From NCBI GenBank assembly GCA_964523575.1, contig CAZGAV010000005.1:6379-70378 (forward strand): 64,000 nucleotides of DNA, in the 5' to 3' direction. Below are positions 42,496 through 51,327 of this stretch, in pieces. The notes under the pieces were generated by a model, which was not told the origin of the DNA, ran no database searches, and saw only the letters and a list, made by a program, of their open reading frames with translations. Each line of letters begins with the position of its first letter. Positions within the stretch are counted from its first letter, which is position 1. This DNA comes from an uncultured Ignavibacteriales bacterium. GTDB taxonomy: Bacteria; Zixibacteria; MSB-5A5; GN15; JAAZOE01. The position numbers and the translations under genes are program-made.

Positions 42496-44184
42496 CTACG
42501 GACAACAGGGCGCGGGGCCGTCCTTGAAAACATAGTTGATGAGATAAACAGCGTCACCGACATTGCCGTCGCCGTCGCAATTGGCGTCGCCGGCCTCAGC
42601 CGGAACCGGCGCTGGACCGCTTTTGAAAACGAAATTGATGACAAACACGCCGTCGGCGATATTGACCTCGCCGTCGCTGTTGGCGTCGCCGCATATATAC
42701 ACCAGCACCAGAAACGACGCGGTGTCGGCGTTGCAGAAATCCTGTACGATCACCGTCAACGGTTCGGCTGAAAGACCGTCGGGCGCGGTTCCGACCGCCG
42801 AATCGTTTGACACCGTGCACCACGACGGCAGAGCGTCGTAGATGATAATATGCGAGACATCATCGGGATCGGTAATCTCAGGATAATAGGCGAAGTCCGA
42901 CATATGTGGCACGACCACCGTATCGCCGATCGGGGTGATGACAGGCGCGACATTGGAATGATCGACCGTCACCGCCACCACCTGAGTATCGGCCAGATCG
43001 CCATCGGAGGCGATAACCGTAAACGAAGTGCTGGCGTCGGCGCATCCGGCCTCGCCCGAAATAGTATTATCGACCACCGTGCACCAGGCCGGCACTTCCT
43101 CGAAGCTGATCGTCAATTCCGTGCCGTCGCAATTGGCGTCGACTGCGGTGGCGGTATAATTCAGCGCCACGCTTCCGGGAATAACGGTGACGCCGACGCC
43201 TGAATTTATGGCCGGGGCCTCGTTGCCGGAGGTCGGATTACAGCAATCGTTGGCCGGATGATCGGGGCAGATATCGCAAACGTCGCCGATACCGTCGCTG
43301 TCGGCGTCGGCCTGGTCGGGGTTGGGTGTATCCGGACAATTATCGACGGCGCAGGTATTGGCGGCAAAACCGGGATTTCCAAATCCGTCCCCGTCGGTAT
43401 CGGTGCACTCATCGCACAAATCGCCGATATTGTCGCCGTCGGCGTCGGCCTGGTCGGGATTGTAAATCGTCGGACAATTATCGACGGCGTCCAAAATGCC
43501 ATCGCCGTCGATGTCAGGTATCGCCACCGGGAAACAGAACGGCCCGTTGATGGTGGGAATATGGACCGCCGCGGCCTCATCGACAAAAATAAATTTTCCG
43601 CCCGGCGGCACGAAAACCGAATCGATACATATCGACCCCACGCTCTTGCCCGATCCGGTGCTGGTTGGCGTAAAATGCATCGAAATCATATGTTCCAGCG
43701 GCCCGGCCGGAAGACCGTGCCAGAGAGCCATGCCGCCCGGAAAAACGGTATCGGGTGAAACGCCGTCCATGCTCTTCTCGGCCACGATCATCCCCGACAG
43801 ATCCCAGATGGTGTCGGGAGGATCCATCCGGCAACCGGTCACGACCGTGACATAATGCCCGCCCGTGCCCTGGCCGTCCGGGCCGTAGCCATCGGGCTGG
43901 GAAATCCAGCTCCAGGTGGCGCCGGTCGTGGAATAAACCCGCATCCCCATCTGAAGACCGGCCAGAAGGAAATCGTTTTCAAGCCAGGCTCTGAATTCGT
44001 ACTGACTGCCGACATACAGTGTATCAACCGCCTGTGCCTCGCCCGACAAAGCGGCGTCGACGTACACGGTATTGGCGGCCGTCGCCGGAACGCTCATCAC
44101 GGCCGCGAGACCGATGATAAGCAGTAACCATCCAAGGCCGGCTTTACGGCAAATCATGGCAAACGGATTTTTGGTTGTGAACAT
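42496..44184 (-). CDS. Secreted protein with thrombospondin type-3 repeats, cadherin/He_PIG-like Ig domains and C-terminal dockerin
   Basis: The start MFTTKNPF... (GGAGG RBS) carries a signal peptide. TSP3 repeats: DIDGDGILDAVDNCPTIYNPDQADADGDNIGDLCD and VDNCPDTPNPDQADADSDGIGDVCD. Dockerin: GDANSDGEVNIADGVFVINFVF...GDANCDGDGNVGDAVYLINYVF. Confidence 0.75.
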   Translation of the reverse strand: MFTTKNPFAMICRKAGLGWLLLIIGLAAVMSVPATAANTVYVDAALSGEAQAVDTLYVGSQYEFRAWLENDFLLAGLQMGMRVYSTTGATWSWISQPDGYGPDGQGTGGHYVTVVTGCRMDPPDTIWDLSGMIVAEKSMDGVSPDTVFPGGMALWHGLPAGPLEHMISMHFTPTSTGSGKSVGSICIDSVFVPPGGKFIFVDEAAAVHIPTINGPFCFPVAIPDIDGDGILDAVDNCPTIYNPDQADADGDNIGDLCDECTDTDGDGFGNPGFAANTCAVDNCPDTPNPDQADADSDGIGDVCDICPDHPANDCCNPTSGNEAPAINSGVGVTVIPGSVALNYTATAVDANCDGTELTISFEEVPAWCTVVDNTISGEAGCADASTSFTVIASDGDLADTQVVAVTVDHSNVAPVITPIGDTVVVPHMSDFAYYPEITDPDDVSHIIIYDALPSWCTVSNDSAVGTAPDGLSAEPLTVIVQDFCNADTASFLVLVYICGDANSDGEVNIADGVFVINFVFKSGPAPVPAEAGDANCDGDGNVGDAVYLINYVFKDGPAPCCP

Positions 44185-44378
44185 GGTATCCTCCCCATCG
44201 GAGTTTTTGATCTGGCATGACCCGGGTAGTATCGGGAATCTTGAATCGCTCTTAATCAATATAATCTCTCTGTCGTTCCAGTCAACGATTATGATTCGTT
44301 TTGAGCCCGATTTCATTCGCCTCGTCGGGCCGCCTCCCTGTTGGAATAATCGTCAGCGGCGCGCCTTTCTGAAGAACC

Positions 44379-44411
44379 AAAATAAAAGGCCGCCCCTTAA
44401 TCGGAGCGGCC
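44379..44411 (-). terminator. Rho-independent terminator of the Cys-rich gene pair
   Basis: The minus strand reads GGCCGCTCC-GATTAA-GGGGCGGCC (one mismatch) followed by TTTTATTTT. Confidence 0.65.
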
Positions 44412-44440
44412 CTGGAAATTACGGTTTTGCGACCAAGCCC

Positions 44441-44809
44441 TTACTTGGGCGTACCATCCTTCTTGCAGTCCTTGGTGCCGGACTTGCAACAGGATTTATC
44501 CCCCGCCTGCGTGCAGTTCTTCTTGTCACAGTCGCCCTTATGATCGCAGGTGGCGGTGCAAGTGGCATGCTTCTCGCAGTTGGCGCTTCCCGGGCACGTC
44601 GTCGTGCATTGCGCCTGGCCCGGACAGGTCTTGGCGCAGGTCGCCGAAGCGTCGGTGGATTTGGTCTGCGCCTGCTGGCAGGTCTTCGTCTTATGCGGAC
44701 AGGTGGTCGCTTTGGCGTCGGTATTCGAGGCCATGACCGCCCCACTGCCGATCAGCAGAAGGGTCAGCAGAGATGCTATCAGAACACCAAAAATCTTCCG
44801 ATTTTTCAT
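44441..44809 (-). CDS. Secreted Cys/Thr/Lys-rich small protein (metallothionein-like composition), unknown family
   Basis: Signal peptide MKNRKIFGVLIASLLTLLLIGSGAVMA. The mature ~95 aa carries about 16 Cys in a repeating C-x3-C-x5-C spacing (ATCAKTCPGQAQCTTTCPGSANCEKHATCTATCDHKGDCDKKNC...SCCKSGTKDC). Confidence 0.6.
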   Translation of the reverse strand: MKNRKIFGVLIASLLTLLLIGSGAVMASNTDAKATTCPHKTKTCQQAQTKSTDASATCAKTCPGQAQCTTTCPGSANCEKHATCTATCDHKGDCDKKNCTQAGDKSCCKSGTKDCKKDGTPK

Positions 44810-44898
44810 ACAGGTATCTCCGAATTTTCGAAGCAGGTTTCTTGTTCAGTTAAATTATCTTGCCGGCGGCCGCGCGTATTCGCGGCCCTTGCCCGGTC

Positions 44899-45414
44899 TC
44901 AAAGCCGCATGACCGTGGTGGCAATGATAGGATGGATACCGGGATGATGGGTGTTGACTATGGAATACGATAGAATATTGTCATTTATATCGGGCTCGAT
45001 CCGGGGCACTTGGCCCGATTCGATTTTGGGCGTCTGCGTTTTGTTCTCGGCCAGGACGAAATCGAGGCGGGGCAGTGTGCATTTGTCGCAATCGGTTTCG
45101 CACGGCATTGTTACCGGACAGAATGCGCGGGGGCAGATCGGCGCTTCGGAATCGGATGACCCGCCGCATATCGGCCGGGACCCGCAATCGGGGGCCGATT
45201 CCGGTTCGGGCGACGTCCGGCTGAAGGGACAGGATGATTCAGCCGCAGGCGAGTTCGACCCGCAACATCCGCCGCAGGCCGATTCTTCCGGCTCATCGGC
45301 TGCCGGTGCAACCGCCGCTTTGCAGGAACGGACACAGAGGATCCCGTAACCGCCGCCCAAAACGGATACGATCATAAAGCAGAGGATGGTTAAGGTTGCC
45401 ACCAGACGCGACAT
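44899..45414 (-). CDS. Membrane-anchored Cys-rich protein, unknown family
   Basis: N-terminal TM helix (LVATLTILCFMIVSVLGGGYGILCV). An acidic, Pro- and Cys-rich segment follows (ESACGGCCGS...SSCPF...PDCGSRPICGG...APICPRAFCPVTMPCETDCDKC). It lies upstream of, and co-oriented with, the 44441-44809 gene. Confidence 0.5.
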   Translation of the reverse strand: MSRLVATLTILCFMIVSVLGGGYGILCVRSCKAAVAPAADEPEESACGGCCGSNSPAAESSCPFSRTSPEPESAPDCGSRPICGGSSDSEAPICPRAFCPVTMPCETDCDKCTLPRLDFVLAENKTQTPKIESGQVPRIEPDINDNILSYSIVNTHHPGIHPIIATTVMRL

Positions 45415-45507
45415 TAAATTTCTCCGAATTCCGAATCTTATACCAATATAAGGTTGAAACGATTCCTACGCTATCTAAATTTATCCATTGGGGCCGCCCC
45501 GGAGCCA

Positions 45508-45541
45508 TAAAAAAAACCGGCGTCCCCGATGGCCGCCGGTT
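45508..45541 (-). terminator. Rho-independent terminator downstream of pyrG
   Basis: The minus strand reads AACCGGCG-GCCATCGGGGA-CGCCGGTT followed by TTTTTTTT. Confidence 0.7.
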
Positions 45542-45597
45542 GTCTTTTCGATAATTTGTCTCTCTGCTGGACGCCTGCACCCGGCGGCTTTTTGAAA

Positions 45598-47259
45598 TCA
45601 GACGACCGTCTTCTTTTCGGTCACTTCCGAATTCTCGGCCCGGCTTTTGTTGTACTTGACCGCCGCGGCGACGAAATCGCGGAACAGCGGATGCGCCTTG
45701 GTTGGCCGCGATTTCAGTTCCGGATGAAATTGGACCGCCACAAACCAGGGATGCTCGGGAACTTCGATAATTTCCACCAGCTTGTTATCGGGCGACATTC
45801 CGACCAGTTTCAACCCGGCCGCGGTCAGCATCTCCCGGTACTCGTTGTTGAATTCATAGCGGTGGCGGTGCCGCTCGGAAATCTCTTCCGTGCCGTAAGC
45901 CTGATAGGTGAAACTGTCCTTGTCGATAATGGCCGGGTAGGCTCCCAGCCGCATAGTGCCGCCCAGTTCGGTGATATTCTCTTGGTCGGCCATAAGGTGG
46001 ATCACCGGATGTTTCAGGTCGCGGTAAAATTCATAGCTGTGGGCGTCCTGAAGGCCACAGACATTGCGGGCGAATTCGATCGTGGCGCAATGCATCCCGA
46101 GGCAGATGCCGAGGAACGGTATCTTTTTTTCCCGGATATAGCGGATCGATTCGATTTTCCCTTCCACGCCCCGCTCGCCGAAACCTCCGGGAATCAACAA
46201 GCCATCGACGTCGCCGATAAACTTGGCCGCGCCGCCATGCTTGATATCCTCGGACGATACCCAGACCAGATCGACCCGGGCGTTGTTTTCCGCCCCGGCG
46301 TGAGCGAAAGCCTCGATAATCGATTTGTAGGCGTCTTTCAAGAAAACGTATTTGCCGCAAATAGCGATCTTGATTCGCCGGGAGGGATTCTTGATCCTGG
46401 ACACCAGATCCTCCCACTCGCTCATATCCGGCTGGGGGGCTTGGATATCGAGATTTTCGAGCACCAGATCGGAAAAACCGTGCTGTTCAAATTTCAAGGG
46501 AACTTCATAAATAGTCGGCACGTCGATGGCCTCGATGACGTTCCGGCTGGGCACCGAACAGAACAAACCGATTTTTTTGCGGATGGCCTCATCGAGCGTT
46601 TTGGCCGTGCGGCACAGCAGGATTTTGGGCTGGATACCGATTTCCCGAAGAGCTTTAACCGAATGCTGGGTCGGCTTGGTCTTCAATTCACCGGCGGCTT
46701 CGATATATGGCACCATTGTCAGGTGAATAAACAAGGTATCGTGCTCATCATTCTCCAGGGCCATCTGGCGGATAGCTTCCATGAACGGCAAAGATTCGAT
46801 ATCGCCGACGGTGCCGCCGATTTCGCAAATGATAACATCGACCGGCCCGTTGATCGTCGCCAATTTTTTGATCGATTTCTTGATTTCTTCGGTGACATGG
46901 GGAATCACCTGAACCGTCGCGCCGAGGTAGTCCCCGCGCCGTTCGCGGCTGATAATGGCCTGATAGATTTGCCCCGAGGTGACATTGTTGTCGCTGCACA
47001 TCGACTGATTCAAAAATCGCTCATAATGGCCCAGGTCGAGATCGGTCTCGGAACCGTCATCGAGCACGAAGACTTCGCCGTGCTGAAAGGGATTCATCGT
47101 CCCCGGGTCGACATTCAGGTAAGGATCGAGCTTGAGGATATTGACCGACAAGCCTCTTTTTTTCAATAGCAGCCCCAGCGTGGCCGAGGCGATCCCTTTG
47201 CCCAGCGATGATACCACACCGCCGGTAATAAAAACGTATTTTGTTTTACGATCTGCCAC
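45598..47259 (-). CDS. pyrG: CTP synthase
   Basis: KYVFITGGVVSSLGKGIASATLGLLLKKRGLSVNILKLDPYLNVDPGTMNPFQHGEVFVLDDGSETDLDLGHYERF plus a C-terminal glutamine amidotransferase domain (GICLGMH, HRHRYE). Confidence 0.97.
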   Translation of the reverse strand: MADRKTKYVFITGGVVSSLGKGIASATLGLLLKKRGLSVNILKLDPYLNVDPGTMNPFQHGEVFVLDDGSETDLDLGHYERFLNQSMCSDNNVTSGQIYQAIISRERRGDYLGATVQVIPHVTEEIKKSIKKLATINGPVDVIICEIGGTVGDIESLPFMEAIRQMALENDEHDTLFIHLTMVPYIEAAGELKTKPTQHSVKALREIGIQPKILLCRTAKTLDEAIRKKIGLFCSVPSRNVIEAIDVPTIYEVPLKFEQHGFSDLVLENLDIQAPQPDMSEWEDLVSRIKNPSRRIKIAICGKYVFLKDAYKSIIEAFAHAGAENNARVDLVWVSSEDIKHGGAAKFIGDVDGLLIPGGFGERGVEGKIESIRYIREKKIPFLGICLGMHCATIEFARNVCGLQDAHSYEFYRDLKHPVIHLMADQENITELGGTMRLGAYPAIIDKDSFTYQAYGTEEISERHRHRYEFNNEYREMLTAAGLKLVGMSPDNKLVEIIEVPEHPWFVAVQFHPELKSRPTKAHPLFRDFVAAAVKYNKSRAENSEVTEKKTVV

Positions 47260-47277
47260 TTGATAACCTCATTTGGG

Positions 47278-48021
47278 TTAAATATTTTTTATCAGCTTCA
47301 GAGCTTCCCGGCTATCCACCGAAATTATACCCTTATTCGTCTTGTACAGCCTGATCCTTTTACCATTTTCAAGAAATCGCAACTGTTCCAGCGATTCGGC
47401 TTTTTCAGCCCGTCCCTGCGGCCAGCTGACATACTCGGACAATACTCTCCTTCTAAAAAAATATACGCCGATATGCTCCAGATAAGGGAAAAGATCGACA
47501 GCCCTTCTTCGCCCGGCGCCGCGAAGGAAAGGAATCGGACTGCGGCTGAACCAGACGGCGTCGCCGGCGGCGTTTTCGACGACCTTGACGACATTGGGAT
47601 TTTCAAGATCCTTTTGCCCGTCGCGGCCGCCGATCTTTCGAGCCAGAGTCGCCACTTCGATTTTCCTGTCCTGGTCCATGGCCCGGATAACCCGGTCAAG
47701 AACCGCCCCCGAAAGCCCGAGATTGTCGGCCTGGATATTAACGACAATATCCGACTTCATTTCGCCCATCGCCTCAGCCACCCGTTCCGTGCCGTTGCGC
47801 GGTTTTTTCGAAGTCATGATGACCGCGCCTCCGAAGCCATTGACGGCCCGCCCGATTTCAGCCGAATCGGTGGCGACGAAGAGGCGGTCAATGAGTTTAG
47901 CCTGCCGGACGGCGCGCCAGATATAGAAGATAAGCGGCTTCCCCTTCAGAGGATAAAGAACCTTGCGGGCAAACCGCCGGCTGGCCAGCCGGGCCGGAAT
48001 AATGGCGGTGACATGGGCCAT
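47278..48021 (-). CDS. kdsB: 3-deoxy-manno-octulosonate cytidylyltransferase (CMP-Kdo synthetase)
   Basis: AIIPARLASRRFARKVLYPLKGKPLIFYIW... and ...VVNIQADNL... are typical of KdsB. Length 247 aa. Confidence 0.85.
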   Translation of the reverse strand: MAHVTAIIPARLASRRFARKVLYPLKGKPLIFYIWRAVRQAKLIDRLFVATDSAEIGRAVNGFGGAVIMTSKKPRNGTERVAEAMGEMKSDIVVNIQADNLGLSGAVLDRVIRAMDQDRKIEVATLARKIGGRDGQKDLENPNVVKVVENAAGDAVWFSRSPIPFLRGAGRRRAVDLFPYLEHIGVYFFRRRVLSEYVSWPQGRAEKAESLEQLRFLENGKRIRLYKTNKGIISVDSREALKLIKNI

Positions 48022-48023
48022 GA

Positions 48024-48305
48024 TCAGATTACTCGGGGCACGATAAAAAAACCGTCCTTTTTTTCGGGCGCGTTTCGCAACGCCTCTTCCGCCGGAAGAG
48101 ATGACCGGATAACATCTTCGCGCAGTCCTTCAAGGGCCGCCATCGGGGCCGAAAGTTCGATTTGATCAGTATCAACTTCGGAGATTCGGTCGAAATACTC
48201 GATGATTTGACTCAGTTCTTGAGTGTACCGATCATGTTCTGAGGGGGACAATTCCAGTCTTGCCAGTCGCGCCAGGCGCATTATCTGGTTTTCTACAATC
48301 GGCAT
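48024..48305 (-). CDS. gatC: Asp/Glu-tRNA amidotransferase subunit C
   Basis: ...IMRLARLARLELSPSEHDRYTQELSQIIEYFDRISEVDT...LREDV... is the GatC pattern. I prefer the ATG at 48305 (93 aa). Confidence 0.8.
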   Translation of the reverse strand: MPIVENQIMRLARLARLELSPSEHDRYTQELSQIIEYFDRISEVDTDQIELSAPMAALEGLREDVIRSSLPAEEALRNAPEKKDGFFIVPRVI

Positions 48306-48527
48306 GAAATTAAATATCAAAAACACCCCGGACTGTCAAGCAAAAAACTGATTCGGCCCTGATGCGACGGCATAGAAGCGCCCGCAAATCCGTCTCAAGT
48401 GCGGCCGGAAACGCCCGAAGGAAATGAGCTGTCGTTAACTTTCCAGCCCGAGGAGTTAAGCGTTTCAAAATTGAACCGATATATATAGCAGACGTTGCAA
48501 ATTGAAACGCACGCCATAAGGAGCCCC

Positions 48528-49256
48528 ATGACCCGCGAAACTGTCTGCGACCAAACGATCTTATCCCCGCAGGTAACGGAGATACCTCTGGCTGAGGTTG
48601 CCAGACGGCTGAGCCACAAAATACGCAACCCGCTCAGCGTTATCTTTACCGCCGCCAGCCAGATAGAGGAATCGACCGAAACCTCGCTCAGCAATGACGA
48701 TCTCTCCATGCTGCAAACGATAATGACGGCCGCTGAACAGATCGAATATATCCTGCGCCGTTTTTCTCAATTTGCCTGCCCCGAACCGATCGATCCGGTC
48801 GCTGTCGACATTAACGAATTATGTCGATTTGAGATCGAAAATTGTCGGATGGATATGGCTGGCATAACCGACGCCGGACTTGAATTTCAACCGGGCGAAG
48901 GAATTCCAGCGATTGATTGTGATCGCCACCAGGTTCAGATCGTTTTGTCGGAATTGATCACCAATGCCCTGCGGGCTTCGGGCCGGGAAGGGACTCTTAT
49001 TCGCACCGGGAAAGACGAAAACTCGGTCATGGTCACGATTGAAAATCAGGGCCCCGATTGTCTCTTCCGCAAAGCCGAAGAGGCCTTCTGGCCCTTTTAT
49101 TCGACTCAGCCGGGCGGCGCCGGTTTGGGTCTGGCCATCGCCAACAGCCTCACTGCCGCCCATGGGGGAAACCTCATTCTGGAACGCCTTCCCGGCGGAG
49201 GAAATCGAGTAACGATATCTCTGCCGCGGAATCATAACGAAGGAGTCATTTCATAA
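48528..49256 (+). CDS. Soluble minimal histidine kinase (HisKA + HATPase only)
   Basis: AAGGAG RBS before the ATG at 48528. H-box LSHKIRNPLSVI, and N/G boxes (ELITNALRAS, GGAGLGLAIA). No TM helix or recognisable sensor domain. Confidence 0.8.
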   Translation: MTRETVCDQTILSPQVTEIPLAEVARRLSHKIRNPLSVIFTAASQIEESTETSLSNDDLSMLQTIMTAAEQIEYILRRFSQFACPEPIDPVAVDINELCRFEIENCRMDMAGITDAGLEFQPGEGIPAIDCDRHQVQIVLSELITNALRASGREGTLIRTGKDENSVMVTIENQGPDCLFRKAEEAFWPFYSTQPGGAGLGLAIANSLTAAHGGNLILERLPGGGNRVTISLPRNHNEGVIS

Positions 49257-50632
49257 TGCCGTCAATACTATTAGTCGAGGACGATGCCGCCCTTAATCGA
49301 TCTCTGTCGAGTCTGTTTACTCAAAACGGATACCGGACGGTTTCAGCCACAAGTCGGGACGAAGCTGTCCGACTCCTCGAATCTGATATTTACGATCTGG
49401 TGCTAACCGATCTCCGGCTGGGCGCCGATTCCGGCCTCGATATCCTTGCCGCCGGTAAACGGCTGCACCGGGAAACGGAAATCATTATCATGACCGCCTT
49501 CGGATCGGTGCAATCGGCAGTGGAGGCGATTCAAAAAGGCGCTTCCGATTATATCACCAAGCCGTTCAAAAATCAGGAATTGCTGTTCAAAGCCAATAAG
49601 GCTCTGGAACAAATCGGCTTGCGCAAGGAAGTGCGCCACCTCCGGGAAGAGATCGTCAGTCATTTTGGGTTCACCAATATCGTCAGTGCATCCCGGGCTA
49701 TGGAAGAATTGAAGAAAATGGCCGTGCGCGTCGCGGGGACCGATATTTCAATTTTGCTTACCGGCGAATCGGGAACCGGTAAGGAACTTTTTGCCAAGGT
49801 TATCCATCACCATTCTCTCCGCCACGACAAGCCCTTCATTACTATCAATTGCTCCGCCATCCCCGAAAACCTTCTCGAATCGGAGCTTTTCGGGCATGTC
49901 AAAGGAGCTTTCACGACGGCTATCGCCAACAAGCGGGGTCTATTCGAGGAAGCTGAACACGGTACCATCTTTCTTGACGAAGTGGGTGATCTGCCGTATT
50001 CCATCCAGGCCAAGATGCTCCGCGTTCTTCAGGAAAAAGAAATTCGACCGGTCGGCGGCAACACCACCCGGTCAATCGACGTTCGGGTTATCGCCGCCAC
50101 CAACGCCGATCTTGTCGGCGATGTCCGCGAAGGCCGCTTCCGGGAAGATCTTTTTTATCGGCTCAACGTCATGCCGATTCATATACCTCCGCTGCGCGAA
50201 CGGCCCGAGGATATTGCGCCGTTGACGGAACATTTTCTGGATAAAATTCAAAGAGAATATGGTCGTCCGCCGGTGACGATTTCGGCCGACGCGATGGACC
50301 TTCTTCTGAAACATGACTGGCCGGGAAATGTCCGGGAATTGGAAAACACCCTCAAGCGGGCGCTGGCTTTGTCCGGTCGGGATCAAATCCGGTACGAGGA
50401 TATTATTTTCATTTCCTCAAAAACCAGAAAGCCGGCTCCGGTTTCCGAATCTCTGTCGCGTGGCCGGTCCCTTGAGGAAAATCAGAAAATCCAAATCCTT
50501 AAATCGTTAAAAGAAAACAACTGGAATTATTCGATGACCGCCGATCAGCTGGGTATCGGCCGCACCACGCTCTGGCGCAAAGTCAAGAAATTCAAGCTGA
50601 GACAGCCGGTCGAGGTCCCGGCCGGCCGCTGA
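49256..50632 (+). CDS. Sigma-54-dependent response regulator (NtrC family: REC-AAA+-Fis HTH)
   Basis: REC domain (ILLVEDD...DLVLTDLRL). AAA+ domain with GESGTGKE and ESELFGH (GAFTGA-type loop region). C-terminal HTH (QLGIGRTTLWRKVKK). The start overlaps the HK stop (TAATG). Confidence 0.9.
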   Translation: MPSILLVEDDAALNRSLSSLFTQNGYRTVSATSRDEAVRLLESDIYDLVLTDLRLGADSGLDILAAGKRLHRETEIIIMTAFGSVQSAVEAIQKGASDYITKPFKNQELLFKANKALEQIGLRKEVRHLREEIVSHFGFTNIVSASRAMEELKKMAVRVAGTDISILLTGESGTGKELFAKVIHHHSLRHDKPFITINCSAIPENLLESELFGHVKGAFTTAIANKRGLFEEAEHGTIFLDEVGDLPYSIQAKMLRVLQEKEIRPVGGNTTRSIDVRVIAATNADLVGDVREGRFREDLFYRLNVMPIHIPPLRERPEDIAPLTEHFLDKIQREYGRPPVTISADAMDLLLKHDWPGNVRELENTLKRALALSGRDQIRYEDIIFISSKTRKPAPVSESLSRGRSLEENQKIQILKSLKENNWNYSMTADQLGIGRTTLWRKVKKFKLRQPVEVPAGR

Positions 50633-50651
50633 CAATTTCAACGAGGTGATT

Positions 50652-51212
50652 ATGGCCAAAGTTAGCTCCGACGATTTTCCATTGATCGATTCTGCCGGAG
50701 AATTTTCTTCTCGACCGGCCGAGGCTGATCCATATCTCGGCCGCAAGGAATTGGAAGACACCGGCCGTTTATTCAAACGTCTGATCGCCCGCCTGGGCCG
50801 AAAATATGCCATTAAAAAAGCTTCGTTGACCTTGTACGAACCGGGTTCGGATGGCCTTAGAATTACCCATATATTGAAAGAAGGCGTCTGCAAATCCGGC
50901 CTGGCTTTGGGCATCCCCAAACACGATTCCCTGCTTTATGAAATCCTCCGTCAGGGTTATCCTCTGGTCGATAATTACCCGGAACTGGCCTCGGGCAATC
51001 CGATTGAAAAGAAGATTTTCCTGACGCCTGAAACCGTCTCGGTGGCTGTTATCCCCATCATCCAGAACGGCCTTCGGATAGGGGTTGTCAGCCTGGCTTC
51101 GGATCAGGAATCGGCCTTCAGCCCGTACCTTAACGGCCTCGGAGCTGACATCGTCGATGATTTCGCCGCATCTCTGCTTGGCATTCTCGCCATTCCGTCG
51201 GAGACTCGCTGA
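50652..51212 (+). CDS. Small cytoplasmic protein, GAF-like (tentative)
   Basis: GAGGTG RBS before the ATG at 50652. ...LTLYEPGSDGLRI...VAVIPIIQNGLRIGVVSLASD... resembles the end of a GAF fold. It is co-oriented 14-20 nt after the response regulator gene. Confidence 0.35.
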   Translation: MAKVSSDDFPLIDSAGEFSSRPAEADPYLGRKELEDTGRLFKRLIARLGRKYAIKKASLTLYEPGSDGLRITHILKEGVCKSGLALGIPKHDSLLYEILRQGYPLVDNYPELASGNPIEKKIFLTPETVSVAVIPIIQNGLRIGVVSLASDQESAFSPYLNGLGADIVDDFAASLLGILAIPSETR

Positions 51213-51249
51213 CCGGCATTTACGGCACCTTGGGCATTTGTACCGGTTA

Positions 51250-51278
51250 TTGACATTCGTTTCGCCATTACCTATCTT
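51250..51278 (+). promoter_or_regulatory. Candidate sigma-70 promoter (TTGACA-N17-TATCTT)
   Basis: It lies ~50 nt upstream of the ATG at 51328. Confidence 0.4.
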
Positions 51279-51327
51279 AAAGTAAATATCTAATTGCATT
51301 ATTTTTATCAGAGGGAGGCCTGATATC

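Noticed and set aside
44185-44316. N-terminal extension of the 606-aa track ORF (42496-44316)
   Set aside because: The ATG at 44184 is preceded by GGAGG and is followed directly by a signal peptide. The extension (MKSGSKRIIIVDWNDRE...) would bury the signal peptide.
51224-51237. GGCACCTTGGGCAT as a sigma-54 promoter for the lipoprotein gene at 51328
   Set aside because: GG and GC are separated by 8 nt instead of the required 10. A reasonable sigma-70 promoter (51250-51278) is present instead.
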